A stretch of DNA of 64,000 nucleotides from Eledone cirrhosa (GCA_964016885.1 OZ024743.1:259904001-259968000); one strand, 5' to 3'. Counted from the stretch's first letter, positions 16,114 through 30,320 are shown. The notes: a model not told the origin generated them from the letters alone. Made by a program: numbers and translations.

Positions 16114-17885
16114 TATGTATGTATGAATTCATGTATGTATGTATTATGTCTGTTTGTCTGTATTTATCTATGTATGTGTGTGTGTGTTTGTATGTACATG
16201 TAACTCTTGGTGGAGTCGCATGGGCGCCGTAGTGAAATACGGCGGTTCTTGGGCATTATTTTACACTTGGAGGAGACCATCTTGTTTCCAGATCTAAAAA
16301 TAATTGATTTCCGACTGAAAATGAGAGGTGGTGATAGAGAAGTGAGAAAGAAATACAGAGAAAGAATTGACCAGAGTACCATACTGGTGTGTTATTTTTA
16401 TCGACCTCGAAAGGACTAAAGGCGGGATTTGAACTCTGAGCTTGCATCCACTCTGCCACTTTGCCGTCTCAATTTCGATATAAGATGAGACTCCAAAGCC
16501 ATATGGTGGCGTTGATTCGGGATATTTTCTATCTTGTACAATTTAAAAACCGAAAATGGTCGTTAGAAGTTCGGTTAGAATGCTTTGCGTTTTTCGTTTC
16601 AGATTTTTAAGCCCTGAGTTCAAATTCCACCTTTGATGTCGATAAAGTAACAGTCCAGTATTGAGGTCAAATCTCTCCTATATCTCACTTTCTTATTTTT
16701 CTTTCTCTGGAAGCAATTGGCTAGGTTCTGACATAGAAAGGCCAGGTTTAAATGCCGACGGCAAACTGCATTTCGCAACGGCGCTCCTACGACTCAATCA
16801 GTGTTAAGGGCAAATGGTATAATTTAATACTTTACCGATTTTGTTAGCGTTTTCTTCAAGGAATGGGCAGTGTCCATGACACATTTTCAGAGCCTCGGAC
16901 TGCTGGATGGGAAAGTGAATGGTGTGCTCAAACCGGAAATCTGGTACGAATGCTTGAGACAATGTGAACTCCTTCAAAAGGACTGAATGGTCAGGTTGTG
17001 GTGCGAAAGCAGAAGAAGAATTAGTTCTACACCACCCAAGCTGTTCGTAGTGGGATTTCTACTTAAAACCCAAAGATCTGGAACATATACCGCAAGGAAT
17101 TCTGTTTGATGCTTTTAACATTCAGCGAATCCACTATTTATCGGAAAAGTCGAGAAGAGCAAGTCAAAGCTAACCTCGGCGGGATTTGAACTCAGAACGT
17201 AAAGGGTCGTAACTCTATGATGCAAAGCATGTTGTCCGTCGCTAAATAACGTAAAGCATTTCATCCAATGCTTTAACGAGTCAGCGAATTCACTGTCTTA
17301 CAAAGCAGTAACAGAGTTTCTATGTGGTCAGTTGCTGTGTTAGAAATAGCACCCAAGATTTCATTACTGGCTTTCTCTGACGAGGGAGGAAATACGGATT
17401 AACCTTTTCAGAATTTTCGAGGCTGGCTTGTATATAATCCAGCCATGAACTCTTAACTCCTGATAAAATCTTAAGGGTGTCGTCATGATATACGGTGTGA
17501 CTTGTGCATTTAAAAACTCTCGAAGCCCATCCTTCTCCAGATCAAAGCATATTTTCATCCAAAGAAAGAAGGAGAAAGAAGGATAGAAAGGAGAGAGGGG
17601 GAAGAGAGAGCGAGAGAGAGAGAGAGAGAATTAATGCCAGTCATGGATTAATATGTTGATATGTATTTATATATATATAATTATTTCCACACACACATAT
17701 ACATATAAATTCCCCAAATCAGAAGAAACACACCAGCAAGGTAGTATGTTTCCTATAAGTAGCACTGTTTATCTCCTCCAGGTCACTGGCCATGTAAAGT
17801 TATTGCAATATTGTATTAGAGTTTTCTGCGCTCTGAGTTCAAATTGCGCCGAAGTTAACTTTGTCTTTCATATATATATATATAT

Positions 17886-18060
17886 ATATTTAATATAGAA
17901 AAGGCTTCTACAAGACTAGAACTGTTTCCTGATGATTTCTCCCGAATGAAAGAGTTCTAGTCCTGTAGAGGCCTTTTCTATATTAAATATTTATACTCTG
18001 CTTTGTATTGAGTACCTTACTTATTATGGTTACCCCCGATTGAACCCGGGATAAACTTAT
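17886..18060 (+). mobile_element. Fold-back mini-element with central hammerhead core
   Basis: Arms 17886-17928 and 17948-17990 flank CTGATGA...GAAA. The right arm extends to TTGAGTAC (18008). Flanked by (TA)n. Confidence 0.7.
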
Positions 18061-18354
18061 ATATATATAGAGAGAGAGAGAAAGGGTTGAGCGACGTATT
18101 TTATCGAATTGAATTCATTATTACGTATTTTGCTGTCCAATAAATCCACTTGAATATGGTAATATTTATAGAATAGGGGCATGACGCATATTTAGTTTTC
18201 ACGAAGGCCTGATATAATCGATTATATTGATCCTATTTTTACTGGTATTTTATTAACCTCGTAGGAAATGAAAAGCAATGTCTTTAATGGTGGGAGAAGA
18301 GTTAGAATTGTAATGGATCTACTCTGAATAACGTTACCACTCCCCTACTAAACA

Positions 18355-18535
18355 TAATTGTTTCTACTTTAGGCACAAGTCCAGCAATTAACCAGTACAT
18401 TACTGGTACTTTATTTTATCGACCCCGTAAGGATGAAAGTTAACCTCAGCGGGATTTGAACTCAGACTGTAAAGGGACGTAACTATGCTAGAAAGCATGG
18501 TGTCCAACCCTCTACCGATACTGCCAATTCACTAC
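18355..18535 (-). mobile_element. SINE family A copy
   Basis: Full-length reverse-strand match to the family A consensus. Confidence 0.85.
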
Positions 18536-21490
18536 TAAACATAATAATATTGAATTAGATATTGTATCCTGTTTTGAAATGTCACAGATCCAAGATCCTA
18601 GTAAAGCTTCTGATTTTACTTGAAATATACTCTCCTGGCTAAGACGTTGAATACGTTACTCTTATATGTTCATATTAATACCACTTAGCAAGAATCATAG
18701 TTTGTTTTAAATGTACCATAGAATACCTAACTTTATATAATTGCAGCACTGCTAACTCAAAAGTACCAATGACTCGCAGAAACATTGAATATTTAATCTT
18801 ACTACACACTTCTTATTCTGTATCAAGTTTTGACTCCCCTAACTGCCTCCAGTCACTCCTATCTCTCACTGTATCACACACACACACATACACACACACA
18901 CACACACATACACGCACTTATACAAAGGCACATACACAATAACATGTTCACACGTTAGTGTTTTTCATTCCCTGTCAGAGTCGTTACATTTCTTATTCTC
19001 ACCTATCATAAATTATTCATACGGGGAGGTCTGGCATACGAAATATACTGAGTTAAAAAGCCATACAATTATTTAACAATATAAGAGTGTTTAATTCTAA
19101 CGACAGTAGCCGGGGGTGATCAAGCAAATAAAATCAGTCGGTCAAACGTTTTGGAAAATAAAAATGAAGTAGAGAGAATGGAAGTTGTGTCAAAGCTAAA
19201 CAGTGACGGTGTGTATCATTTGTATAAAAAGACATTGAAATATCAGTAGGTAACAGATATCAGCTTTATCCTTTTGATATCAAGAACATCTGAAACTGCT
19301 TCTGGTTTTACTTTATAAAACTAGTTATTTAAGGTATTCCTATTTATCTTAAAATATTCCCTTATAATTTTATATAAGAACGTTTATATTACGTTCAAAA
19401 TATGTTTAATAATAAAAAAGTTATTTTACTAAATACATCCAATTCTTCTTATTTTTTTTTCCTTATTTAAAACTTACAAGAATTGAATTCCATCAGATGT
19501 ATAGTAACGAGAGCTGTGACCTACACACACGCACGCGCGCCCACACGCACACGCACACACACACATAGTAACGAAGTTATAGGAAATATATTCACTATAT
19601 TTTCGGTTGCTCACATTACTCGCTCAATAAGATATGGTTTGAACATATAAGCGTGTAAACCTGTCTAAGAGTGCTAAGAAAGTGTATATGTGTAATGGGG
19701 TGGTGACATGCATCTGTCCAGGACCTTGAGGTTTCTGCGAGTGCAGACCACTTCAATAAGTGCAATTTGCAATTTGCCATTCACGGTGGCTGCACCGTGC
19801 ATGTATGTAAGTCAATTCTGCATCGCTTCTTCAGTGGAACTATCCATTGTAGCGAGAGAGTGCGAAGCCATCTATCCAGTTAAGGCATCAAAAAATTACT
19901 TTTATAATGGCTAAGGTAGTCGGCAGCACATAGTGACGTCACGCATGGAAGATCGACTCTATGTTCGCTAAGGGACTGTGTTATATAGACAAATTCAAAA
20001 TAAAACATATCTTAAATTTATAGCCGGTTTAGATCTCGAAAAAATAGAAAAAAAACAGAATTGCAAACAAATGATGAAAATACGATTTACACACATTTAC
20101 TGAGAGAAACAAGAAAAAATATATATAGATTCATTTATATATAAAATCAGGGATATGTTTTATGTATGTGAGGAAAACAAAGTAAATGGGTCTTAAACTA
20201 CTGATGGGGTTGTAGGGACACCAGCATACCACACGACGCATCTTGGGCATTTGAAACCTGACGGATACTATCCACTCTTTAGGTCAGAACACACACAAAC
20301 AATTTTCCCCAGAGAAGAAGAGAAAGTGAGAGAGATGATATAAGAAAGAGTTATAGAGGAAGAATCGAACCCAGTACTAGACTGATGCTTTTTTTAAAGC
20401 AAAGTTGACTTCGGTGAGATTTGAACGCAGAGCGTAATAATCTGGACCAAATACCGATACATTTTTTACTCGGTCACCCTAAGAGCTCTGCCAACTCACC
20501 GATTATTAGAAGAAAATATGTAGGTGTAAACGTAATTAAACACGCAAGTCAATATATAAAAATATATATCCAACAAAGTTATAAATACCTACTTTGAAAT
20601 TCTCCATAAAATGATAGAGTATATTTCAAAACATCTTCATTTAAGACTTTTCTCGTACATTATGCATTCTATTTAGATTTTTTTCAATAATAATATATTG
20701 AAGCTTACGCGTAGAATTAGAGACACCTTTCTGTAGAACAAAGGAACCGAGCATCTGCTTTCTAAACTGCATTAGAATTATCATTATTTAGACAATGTAC
20801 AGCAATATATGTTTATATTTCCTAGCATCTGCTAATACTAAAAATATCATAAAATATCTATTCGTAAAATTTAACAATATATGAAATAAATCCTGAAATC
20901 ACAAAAATGTGAGTTTAAAGTTTGGATAAAAAACAAATAGTTACCTCGTCTGTTGAAATCTCAGTACTTCCTACCCAGATGTATCTAAGTATATTATACA
21001 TCCAGTTACTATTTACCGAAGAATAGCATAGATAGAGAATCGCTAGGTATATGTACATAGACATCACGTATATAAAAATGAAAATGAACTCGAAGAGGTA
21101 CATAGATGCTGTGATAGATTTATGTACACATGTATCAGCTTTTGTAGTGTGATGGTAAAGATATTAACATCATTTTATCTATGTATGTATGTATGTATTT
21201 TCGTACGTACCTATGTATTTATATATTCATGTGATGTAAGTATGTATGTATGCATGTATGTATGTAATAAATAGACATACATGAAGATAGGTAGTAGAAT
21301 TTTATTTCTTCTAAGTGAATTATTTAATCTCTGAGAGTGCAAAATGATTCAATAATTAATCGGAACATATGGCTTTATATCTTTGAGAATTAAACAAATG
21401 GAAAGAAGGGGCCTCAAAGAAACCACAAAAGTAATATTTTCAATATTTACCATGAGCTGCCTCTCCGGACATCTTCACATTTTGATGAAT

Positions 21491-21665
21491 ATTCATCGCA
21501 TCAGCCGCTGTACAACTAACGACAGTAACTCATTGAGCCACTCAATTCATCGCATCAGCCGCTGTATAATTAAAGACTGTAACTTATTTAGCCACTCTAT
21601 TCATCGCATCAGCCGCTATACAACTAACGACTGTAATTTATTTGGCCACTCAATCCATCGCATCT
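21491..21665. repeat. 54-bp tandem repeat, ~3.2 units
   Basis: ATTCATCGCATC recurs at 21491, 21545, 21599 and (one mismatch) 21653. Confidence 0.9.
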
Positions 21666-23072
21666 GTTGCACTGCTGCTGTGAATCTAAACCGACAACTG
21701 CGATGCACAAAACACATTTCTTTACTTTATAGATCACCGAGAAATAATATCTCTCTTGGAAAGGTAGTCAAAAATACCTTTAGATTACTCTCCTGGGTGA
21801 TATAATAATCCAGGACCCATTCGAATATATTCAGATCTATATAAGTAATGAACATAATGGAAGTGTTGAATAATAACAGGACTGCATATCAAGTCTTTGA
21901 AAGAAAACATAAACTCTATATTGTAGTATGTATGTATCTACCCGTAACGCCTGGTGGAGTTGTTAGAGAAACACAGTGATATACAGCATTTCTTATTAAA
22001 AAAACTGTTTAATTGGCGGAGCCCATTTCCTCTCCAGGTTTGGACAAAGCCGATTTCTTCCAGTGAAGGATAGAGAGTAATAGAGAGGAAGTAAGAAAGA
22101 GATATAGAGAAAGAATCGATCCCATTACTAGACTGCTACTTTTCTTATCGACTTCAAAAGGATGAACTCCGAACGCAGAGCCGGAACGAATACTGCATAG
22201 CATTCTATCCAACATTTTAACGACTCAACCAATTCGCCGCCTCAAACCTTTAAACAAATTCATGTAAATCATTTCGGTTGTCTACACATTTAGATAAATT
22301 CTGTATACAAAGAAAACAATGGTCTCTAAGTCTCTAAATGTGGCACATGGCCAACAATTTGTAAGGAGGAAAAGTCAATTAAATCACACACCTTACGTTT
22401 GACTGGTACTTTGATTTTTACGACTTCCCGCAAGCAGGCAGAGCAAAGTTGAGCACTGCGGGATTTGAACTTACAACGGAATGAGTCGGAATAAATACCT
22501 CAAAGCATTTTGTCCGATGTTGTAACGTTACAGATGCACGTATCTGTGGAATACACAGCCACGTTCACGCTAATTACATGAGCAAGCTGTTCCATTGTTC
22601 AAACAACTCAGAGCCGGTGGTGGTCCAGCACACACATACCCACATGTGTGCATATATATGTGCGAGCATTTCTTTTTAAATTTAAAACAGTATTTATAAA
22701 TGGCCGCGTCCAATCTATTTTCCCAAAACTCTTGCAATTAGCTGTACAGTGTTCTATTATATTCTCGTCTATAAATAATGGAAAATTACATTTAATAACT
22801 GAATCAGCCTATTAATTATTGATAATTTTACATCTCTCTCGTGCAGAATTATCCATTTCAAGAATAATTGAAATAATTTCAAAACCTTTAGAATTTAATT
22901 TTGCAATCATATAGGGGATTATTTATAGAACTATTACTTTCATTTGTTTCAGAAAATAAATTGACTTTAATTAACGAACAATATAATGAAATAGATTTAA
23001 TGTTTTAAGAAAATAACTGTGATTTACGTAAGAAACGGTTTAGTATAATTTTTCATATACAAATACATACAT

Positions 23073-23172
<100 letters not shown>

Positions 23173-24156
23173 TTATTTATGCACAAGGCTATCAATTATT
23201 TGGGGAGTGGGAGAAAAGACAGTCGATTAAATCATACTTATATATTATTGGAAGGATGAAAGGCAAAGGTGACTACGGTGGGATTTGAACTCAGAATATG
23301 ATGTGCCAAAAGAAATACCAACAATTATGTCAATCCACCGCCCTTTGTTATATATGCTTATCAAAATTTCTTTAAATCGACACTTTCGAAATAAGAAACA
23401 GAACTTTTTTTATATTTTAATGTGAAATATTTTTGTATATATAGTTTTGTTCGACGGTAGCACTTGGTGACTCTTTCATCGATTCAGTCCAGTGTTTGGA
23501 TTTTTGAAACCAGAACTATGACTTGGTAAGTCGACCACGACAGGTTTTCAACTTCATCATAAGGGTTTGTATCTTATTACAGTCAGACATTTGAACTGTT
23601 GCTCTATCGAAATTTTCGAAGGTTGAAACACGATTTAAATATATTAAATTAACGAATATCGGGAAATAATATCAACTGGATTTCCGTCAGTTTTGATGAT
23701 GAGTATTCAATTGTTCAATCAAGTAAACTACCTGTTCAATGAATTAACTACTCAGTATTTCACAGGCACGTGTTCCCGTTACATAATTCCCATGTAAAAT
23801 CAAAATAACACAGTGTGGACAAAGCAAATCCTTTGAATTGAAGGACGAATACATCCAACGGGTTTCTGCAATGTTCGTTTTCTCATTTTCATTCACAACA
23901 CTTGAGTTGATTATACTAAATTATACTCAGTATTAAATATAGGAACTCATAAATTCAAAATGAGCTTGTTAATCATTTGTTAATACTGTTTCTACAATAT
24001 ACAGAAATAAATAATGAATAAATATTTTTTTTTTTTAAACTAGAAGTTTTTGTGGGGTTTTTTTGAAAATACATACGGATGATTTTTTACCCATTTAATT
24101 GAATAAGTTGGAAATATAATGGCTCGTTAAATATAGCAAACAGAAGACACACATAC

Positions 24157-24201
24157 CTGAATAATCAATCGTGGAATAATATTTATCCAGAGGTAAGCCA
24201 T
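24157..24201 (-). CDS. Delta-like gene A, predicted exon 1 (signal peptide, MAYLWINIIPRLIIQ)
   Basis: ATG at 24201, 15 codons ending CAG|gtatgt (phase 0). It joins in frame to exon 2684-2862 to give the signal peptide MAYLWINIIPRLIIQ-VLLIICGVKA. Same Q|phase-0 junction as gene B exon 1. The link across a 21-kb intron is inferred. Confidence 0.6.
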
Positions 24202-24724
24202 ATTTAATAATCAATAAAAAAGATTCTTGACACGCGAAAAAAAAGATATGAAAATAATTATGAATAAAACGAAAACGTAAAAAAATAAATGCTTGTAGCA
24301 GACGATTGTTAATTAGTACTGCAAATATCGTGATGGCGGATCATTTTTGTAAACTTTCTATCAACAACTCCACCCGAACAGTGATCAGTTGCTGGGTGTC
24401 AGATATTCTTAACTGGCACGGCTTCTATTCAATGTCAGGAAATAGATGTGTCACGTTAAGCGAGGGAAAAGGATGTCGCCACTCCCAGGGTCAACATCCT
24501 CTTAAACATTATTAAATATCTACTTCACTCATTTTATGTTATATTATATTATATTGTTATTGTTATTGTTGCTGCTGTTGTTGCAGTTTTTACCGTAGTA
24601 GTTGTCGCTGTTCTTGTTCTTGCTGCTGTTGTACTTGTTGTTGTTATCATTGTTATAATTGTTGTAATGTTGTTGTTGCTGTTATTGTTATAATTGTTTG
24701 CTGATGTTATTCTTATCATTACTA

Positions 24725-25160
24725 TGGTGGAGATTGGCAGTATCGGTAGAGCGTCGGACAGCATGCTTGTCAGCATATTGTTACCAACCTTTACGTTCTG
24801 AGTTCAAATCCCGCCGAGGTTAGCTTTGCTTTTCATCCTTACGGGGTTGATAGAATAAAATACCAGTAATGCACTGAGGTCGATTTGACCGAAATTCCAT
24901 GCCTCTTCAAATTGCTGGCTTATGCCAAAAACGGAAACAATTATTATCATTACTAGGGCGGAGGATTGGCAGTATCGGTAGAATGTCGAACACCATGCTT
25001 CGTGACATAGAGTTACGACCCTTTACTACTGATTTCAAATGCCGCCTTTCATCCTTACGGGGTCGATAAAATAAAGTACCAGTAATGCACTGGCGTCGAT
25101 TTAATCGACTTTCCCCTACCCCAAAATTGCTCGCCTTGTGCCTAAATCGGAAAGCATTAT
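24725..25160 (+). mobile_element. Two tandem SINE family A copies
   Basis: Two A-box/B-box/body units separated by an ATT-rich linker. Confidence 0.85.
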
Positions 25161-25804
25161 TCTTATCATTACTGTTATTTCTGTTGTTGCTGTTGTTTTT
25201 ATGCGAGATAAAAAAATTCGAACAGAAACCATTGCTTTGTTGTTGTTTTCTTATTTTATCTAAAAAAAAAAAACCTTACTGTTTTATTTTATTTCCTTAT
25301 TTATATTTTCCAATGTCTCAATTCCAATTTTTATATTCTGTAATTGTTTGTTGCCTGTCTAATTATAAATTATCTAGTAGCTTTTAATAATGGTGAAATA
25401 TAACAGAGAAGTTGAAGCTGTCAATTTACATTTCATTTTGTTTGGTTCACTTTTCTTTCGTCTATATTCTCTGAGCAATATATACATACAAACATACATA
25501 CATATATACATACATACATACATGCATGAATGAATACATACATACAAACATACATACATGCCTACATACATGCCTGCATGCATACATACATACATACATA
25601 CATACATACATACATACATACATACATACATACATACATACATACCCGTATACATACATATATATAAATACATATATGTATGCATATGTAAATGTAAATA
25701 TACATATATACATAAATAAATACATATATACACATATACCTTTAAATAGAAATATATATACATATGCGTGTATGTCTATATGTATATATATATATATATA
25801 TTAA

Positions 25805-26010
25805 TTTCAACAATGTCAGTATTCCGTGTGTCATAATTATCATTGGTTCATAGGTTTCAACAATGTCAGTATTCCGTGTGTCATAATTATCATCGGTTCA
25901 TAGGTTTCAACAATGTCAGTATTCCGTGTGTCATAATTATCATTAGTTCATAGGTTTCAACAATGTCAGTATTCCGTGTGTCATAATTATCATTGGTTCA
26001 TAGGTTTCAA
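25805..26010. repeat. 50-bp near-perfect tandem repeat, 4 units
   Basis: TTTCAACAATGTCAGTATTCCGTGTGTCATAATTATCATTGGTTCATAGG x4 with single substitutions. Confidence 0.97.
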
Positions 26011-26560
26011 ACGACTCCGCCCACCTCAACGACGCCAAACTTAAATTAATATGCATAATTCCAATGAGGGAGTGAGAGGGGAGAGTAAGAAACAGAGAGG
26101 CAAAGTAAACGCTGTGTTGGATACACTATGTATATGTGTCAGTGTAGAGACGTGTGTGTGTGATGTGTGTGGAAATAAGAGGGGAAGGAAAGCGATAACT
26201 ATTAACAAGTGTGCGTGTTTGTACGTGCGTGTGTGCAGCGTTCCACAGAAAGTAAAAACTATCAACGTGTGTGAGTGTGTGCGTGTGTGTAAGTGCACGG
26301 GTGCGTGTGTAAGTTTGCGTGCGTGTGCGAGTTTCCATGCGTGTATCTGTGTGTACGTGCGGCGTTCCACAATCGCCACGCAGTTTATCTGTTTGTGTGC
26401 CTGTCTGTCAGTCTAACATACACAGAGTTGTGAAGGGAGTAAATAGGGACCTTTTTTTACATTGACTGACATCTTTTATATTTATTATTGTGTCATTTTT
26501 TGACAATTGCTCGAGTTGAATACTGATAATAAAAGCAATTCGACTTTATCAAATAGTGAA

Positions 26561-26752
26561 CTACAGCGGCGACAGCATGCATCCTGGAATGAAGAAAAAC
26601 GGGCCGAACAGCGCCATCGGAACGCCGAACTTTAGAGGCGAAGACGTGCCGCCATGAATGAAGAGGAGCTGGCTGAACAACGCCAACGAAACACTGGAGC
26701 CTAGCAGCGACGACGTGATGCGATGGTTGAAGACGAACTGGCTGAGCATCAT
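26561..26752 (+). pseudogene. Possible Helitron RepHel N-terminal repeat remnant
   Basis: The plus frame reads three ~22-aa charged repeats (RRRAAMNEEELAEQRQRN-like) with stops, next to a Helitron. Confidence 0.4.
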
Positions 26753-26767
26753 CTTTTACATTAATTA

Positions 26768-27120
26768 TCTATATCTACATATAATATAAAAGATTGGAAC
26801 TTCCATCATCCTTTTGAGAAACGTGGAACAACCACGTCTATGCAATGATACACGTTTTACAGTCAGGCAGAAGATGAACCATCTTCTAGAGGTCACTATT
26901 CTAGGTGGGAGCACATAGAATTGTTCATATACTATGCACAAACGGTACAACGAAGCATCTGGTATATCTGGAAGATTTTTTTTACTGTTTTTTGTATCAC
27001 ACAGACACCACGGACTCGCCTCATACTGTAACCAGACAAACATCCAATACAGTAATTTTCTCTTTTACCTGTCTTCTCTTATCATCTGTTTACCCGGGCG
27101 AAGCTGGGTACGTCAGCTAG
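26768..27120 (+). mobile_element. Non-autonomous Helitron
   Basis: 5' A|TCTATATCTACATATAATATAAAAG, subterminal hairpin ACCCGGGCGAAGCTGGGT, 3' CTAG|T, no TSD. Confidence 0.75.
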
Positions 27121-27296
27121 TATATATATAAATCAGAATGGATGCACCAAAAACCTGTCGGACATACCAGAGTACTTGTACTTGTGGTAGTAGAGTGTGG
27201 CAATATGATGGAGTCGGAACCACGGTTCCTTCTATATATAGAGAGAGGGAGGGAGAGAGAGAGACGCATATATATTCAAACCAATTGCATTTAGCT

Positions 27297-27379
<83 letters not shown>

Positions 27380-27411
27380 CAAATAGTTTTATCGCTCTAC
27401 ATTCCTCTATA

Positions 27412-27792
27412 CAAGAAATGTAAATCTGAGTTTTTCGAATATTAATAATAATATTCGATTCGTAGGCGATTATGCAAACAGCCTCTTTAAGCCATGTAAG
27501 TAGAATGACCACGTCATTCTTGCTCTTGCGTTGGCATATAAACGCAAGTGCGAGAATGAATCGGTCATTCTACTTACATGGCTTAAAGAGGCTGTTTGCA
27601 TAATCGCCTACGAATCGAATATGATTATTGTCCCTTTACGATCTGAGTTCAAATCCCGCCGAGGTTGACTTTGCCTTTCATCCTTACGGGGTCGATAAAA
27701 ATAAAGTACCAGTAATGCACTGGGTATTTGCTGGCCTTGTGCCTAAAGTAGAAACAATTATTAATATTCAAAAAACTCAGATTTACATTTCT
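27412..27792. repeat. Long palindrome with a SINE family A insertion (27628-27763) in the right arm
   Basis: 27412-27530 is the reverse complement of 27541-27627 plus 27763-27792. Confidence 0.9.
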
Positions 27793-27895
<103 letters not shown>

Positions 27896-28291
27896 CAAAT
27901 GCAATTGGCTTGAATTTATTCATGAATTTAAAAAATGCAGAATTTACTGCCAATTACAGGAAAAATCATATTGATATGATTTCATTTTCAACAAATATTC
28001 TTATTGAATCGTAAAGTTACAAAGATAGTTGAACCGTATCACTCGGGTTTAAGCCGTCACATCGTAAATAGAATTTATGTGTTCCACATATTGTGTTATC
28101 TTCCGTAATCCTCGGGCAATCCAAATGAATTCAATTCTTTCAATGAATTCATTGCTTGCAGGCATTTTATAGAAATATATATATTTTTTTTATTTTATAG
28201 AAATATATTAAGATCGATAATATCATGAGCTTATCAATAGCAGCATAAGCTAAGTTTATTATTATTATTACTAATAATAAACTTAGCTTGT

Positions 28292-28888
28292 GGGGCGGTC
28301 AATTGGCAGTATCGGTAGAGGGTTTTACGCCATGCTTTCTAGCATAGTTATGTCCCTTTACGATCTGAGTTCAAATCCCGCCGAGGTTAACTTTGTCTTT
28401 CATCCTTACGAGGTCGATAAAATAAAGTACCAGTAATGTACTGTGTAATTGCTGGCCTTGTGCCAAAAGTAGAAACAATTATTATTATTATTACTATTAA
28501 CAATAATATTATCGATACGTATCCTTACATTCTCAGTTCAAATCCCGCTGAGGTTAACTTTGCCTTTCATCCTTACGGGGTCGATAAAATGAAGTACCAG
28601 TAATACACGGGAGTCGATTTAATCAACTTTTCCCTCCCCTTCAAATTGCTGGCCTTCTGCCTAGAGTAGAAACAATTATTCTTATATACAAAGGCGGTGG
28701 ATTGGCAGTATAGGTAGAGCGTCAGACGCCATGCTTTGGAGCATGGAGTTATGGCCCTTTATGTACTGAGCTCGAATCCCGCTGCGGTTAACTTTGCCTT
28801 TCATCTATAAGGGAGTCGATAAAATAAAGTACCAGTAACACACTGGGGTAATTGTTGGCCTTGTGCCAAAAGTAGAACAATTATTATT
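28292..28888 (+). mobile_element. Three tandem SINE family A copies
   Basis: Three B-box/body/tail units. The middle one is 5'-truncated. Confidence 0.85.
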
Positions 28889-28991
28889 ATAAACATCAGA
28901 TACATTATCATTATAAAAATCCTCGAAAGATTAATAGATATATTTATAAATATAGAACATATACTTGTGTATATATATATATATATATATA

Positions 28992-29877
28992 CGAGGTGGG
29001 TCAGGAAAGTTCCAGGACTGATGTCACAAAAGATTTATTTCAAACCCAAACTTCACACTAACAGTTTTCTCCTTCAAAGTAATCCCCTGGAGTCTAATGC
29101 ATTTTTCCATCCTATTCTGCCACGCTTGCATGCACTTCTGGAAGGATTCTTCCGGGATCCTCCGCAGTTCCGTCGTCACGGCCTTTTTGATGTCGTCCAC
29201 GTCTTCAAAACGGGTCCCCTCTGGGTCGTACTCGAAGATCTATGACTCATCACCGGCGATGACTGTCCCTAGCAAGTCTGGTTCGGTTTCAAGACGCTCA
29301 AGGATGTCCTGGCACACTTGCATGCGTCGACCCTTGTGGTCATCGTTCAGCAGTTTTGACACCATCTTCGCGCAGTCTTTCCGCATGTCCAAATCTTCAG
29401 TGAGAATCTTCCAGACGCTGTCCCGATTCATGCCCAGCTCATTTGCCATCAGTCGAACAGTCAGCCGACGATCGCTACGCACCATCTGCCTGACACGCTC
29501 AACGTTGACCTTAGTCCTGGTTGTTGAGGGCCTTCCGCTCTTGTGGTCATCTTCCACGTCCTCGCGTCCTTCTTTAAACCTCTTGCACCACTCAAAAAGA
29601 CGTGAGCGTCTCATCTCCATACACTTGCTTCAGCAATCCCAGTGCTTCTGATGGAGTTTTAAGTTTGTTCGTTGCTCTGTGCTCATTGCTTGACGACCTG
29701 AAACATAGGACATGTATATCAAATTATGAAGAAAAAAGTTTGATCGCTGCAGAGAGCTAAGATTAGAGTTACATACTCCACGGGGATTAGTTTGAAGGAG
29801 AAAACTCTTAGTGTGAAGTTTGGGTCTGAAATACATCTTTTTTGACACCAGTCCTGGAACTTTTCTGACACACCTCG
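28992..29877 (-). mobile_element. Internally deleted mariner element with ~100-bp TIRs
   Basis: TA|CGAGG...CCTCG|TA termini. Transposase remnant EWCKRFKEGREDVEDD..SGRP, IAGDES.I.EYDPE is joined directly to the C-terminal GTRFEDV...QGDYFE, so the catalytic core is missing. Confidence 0.92.
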
Positions 29878-29882
29878 TATAT

Positions 29883-30105
29883 ATATTCATTTTATTAAAG
29901 CTGATTAGTTAGTTTAGTTACTCTGGAGTTTCGTCTGTTTATCACAGAGTCATTAGACGAGAACATTGTTCTTGTCTGATGACCTGTGATAAACAGACAA
30001 AACTCCAGAACAACAAAACTCACTGTTCAGCCTTAATAAAATGAATATAAAAACTCTACTTTGGTATTGAGTACTCGTTCCTTTCAGCTGTCAACAACAT
30101 AGGGA
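29883..30105 (+). mobile_element. Fold-back mini-element: two inverted hammerhead copies plus tail
   Basis: Palindrome 29883-30048. The two arms combine to TTGT-CTGATGA-stem-GAAA-CTCCAGAG-TA-ACAA. AATAAA at 30035, TTGAGTAC at 30067. Confidence 0.75.
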
Positions 30106-30150
30106 TATATATATATGTGTGTGTATCGATTTGGTTTTGCCTGAATAACA

Positions 30151-30236
30151 AGCCTGATGAACAGATTGGGGCTGGAGTTGGGTCTATAACACTAATATGG
30201 ATCCTGAGCCAACCATCTGCGAAACGTTTGTAACTG
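30151..30236 (+). ncRNA. Degenerate hammerhead motif with extended stem II
   Basis: CTGATGA-A-CAGAT...ATCTG-C-GAAA-CGTTTG-TA. Confidence 0.5.
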
Positions 30237-30280
30237 ATCCTAATCAATAACAATCTAAATGTGAAACCTCGTTTTGTTCT

Positions 30281-30315
<35 letters not shown>

Positions 30316-30320
30316 TACAA

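Noticed and set aside
19934-19941. Perfect CRE palindromes TGACGTCA (also 4658-4665)
   Set aside because: About one is expected by chance in 64 kb, and neither is near a predicted gene start.
20592-21103. Alternative gene A first exons (MENFK|gtaggt; MSMYIYLAILYLCYSS|gtaaat)
   Set aside because: Both are phase-compatible but give a weaker signal peptide or donor and lack the Q| junction seen at 24157. Not formally excluded.
25805-26010. CRISPR-like appearance of this array, the 54-bp repeat and the SINE trimers
   Set aside because: Contiguous tandem units without unique spacers, no cas genes, eukaryotic context.
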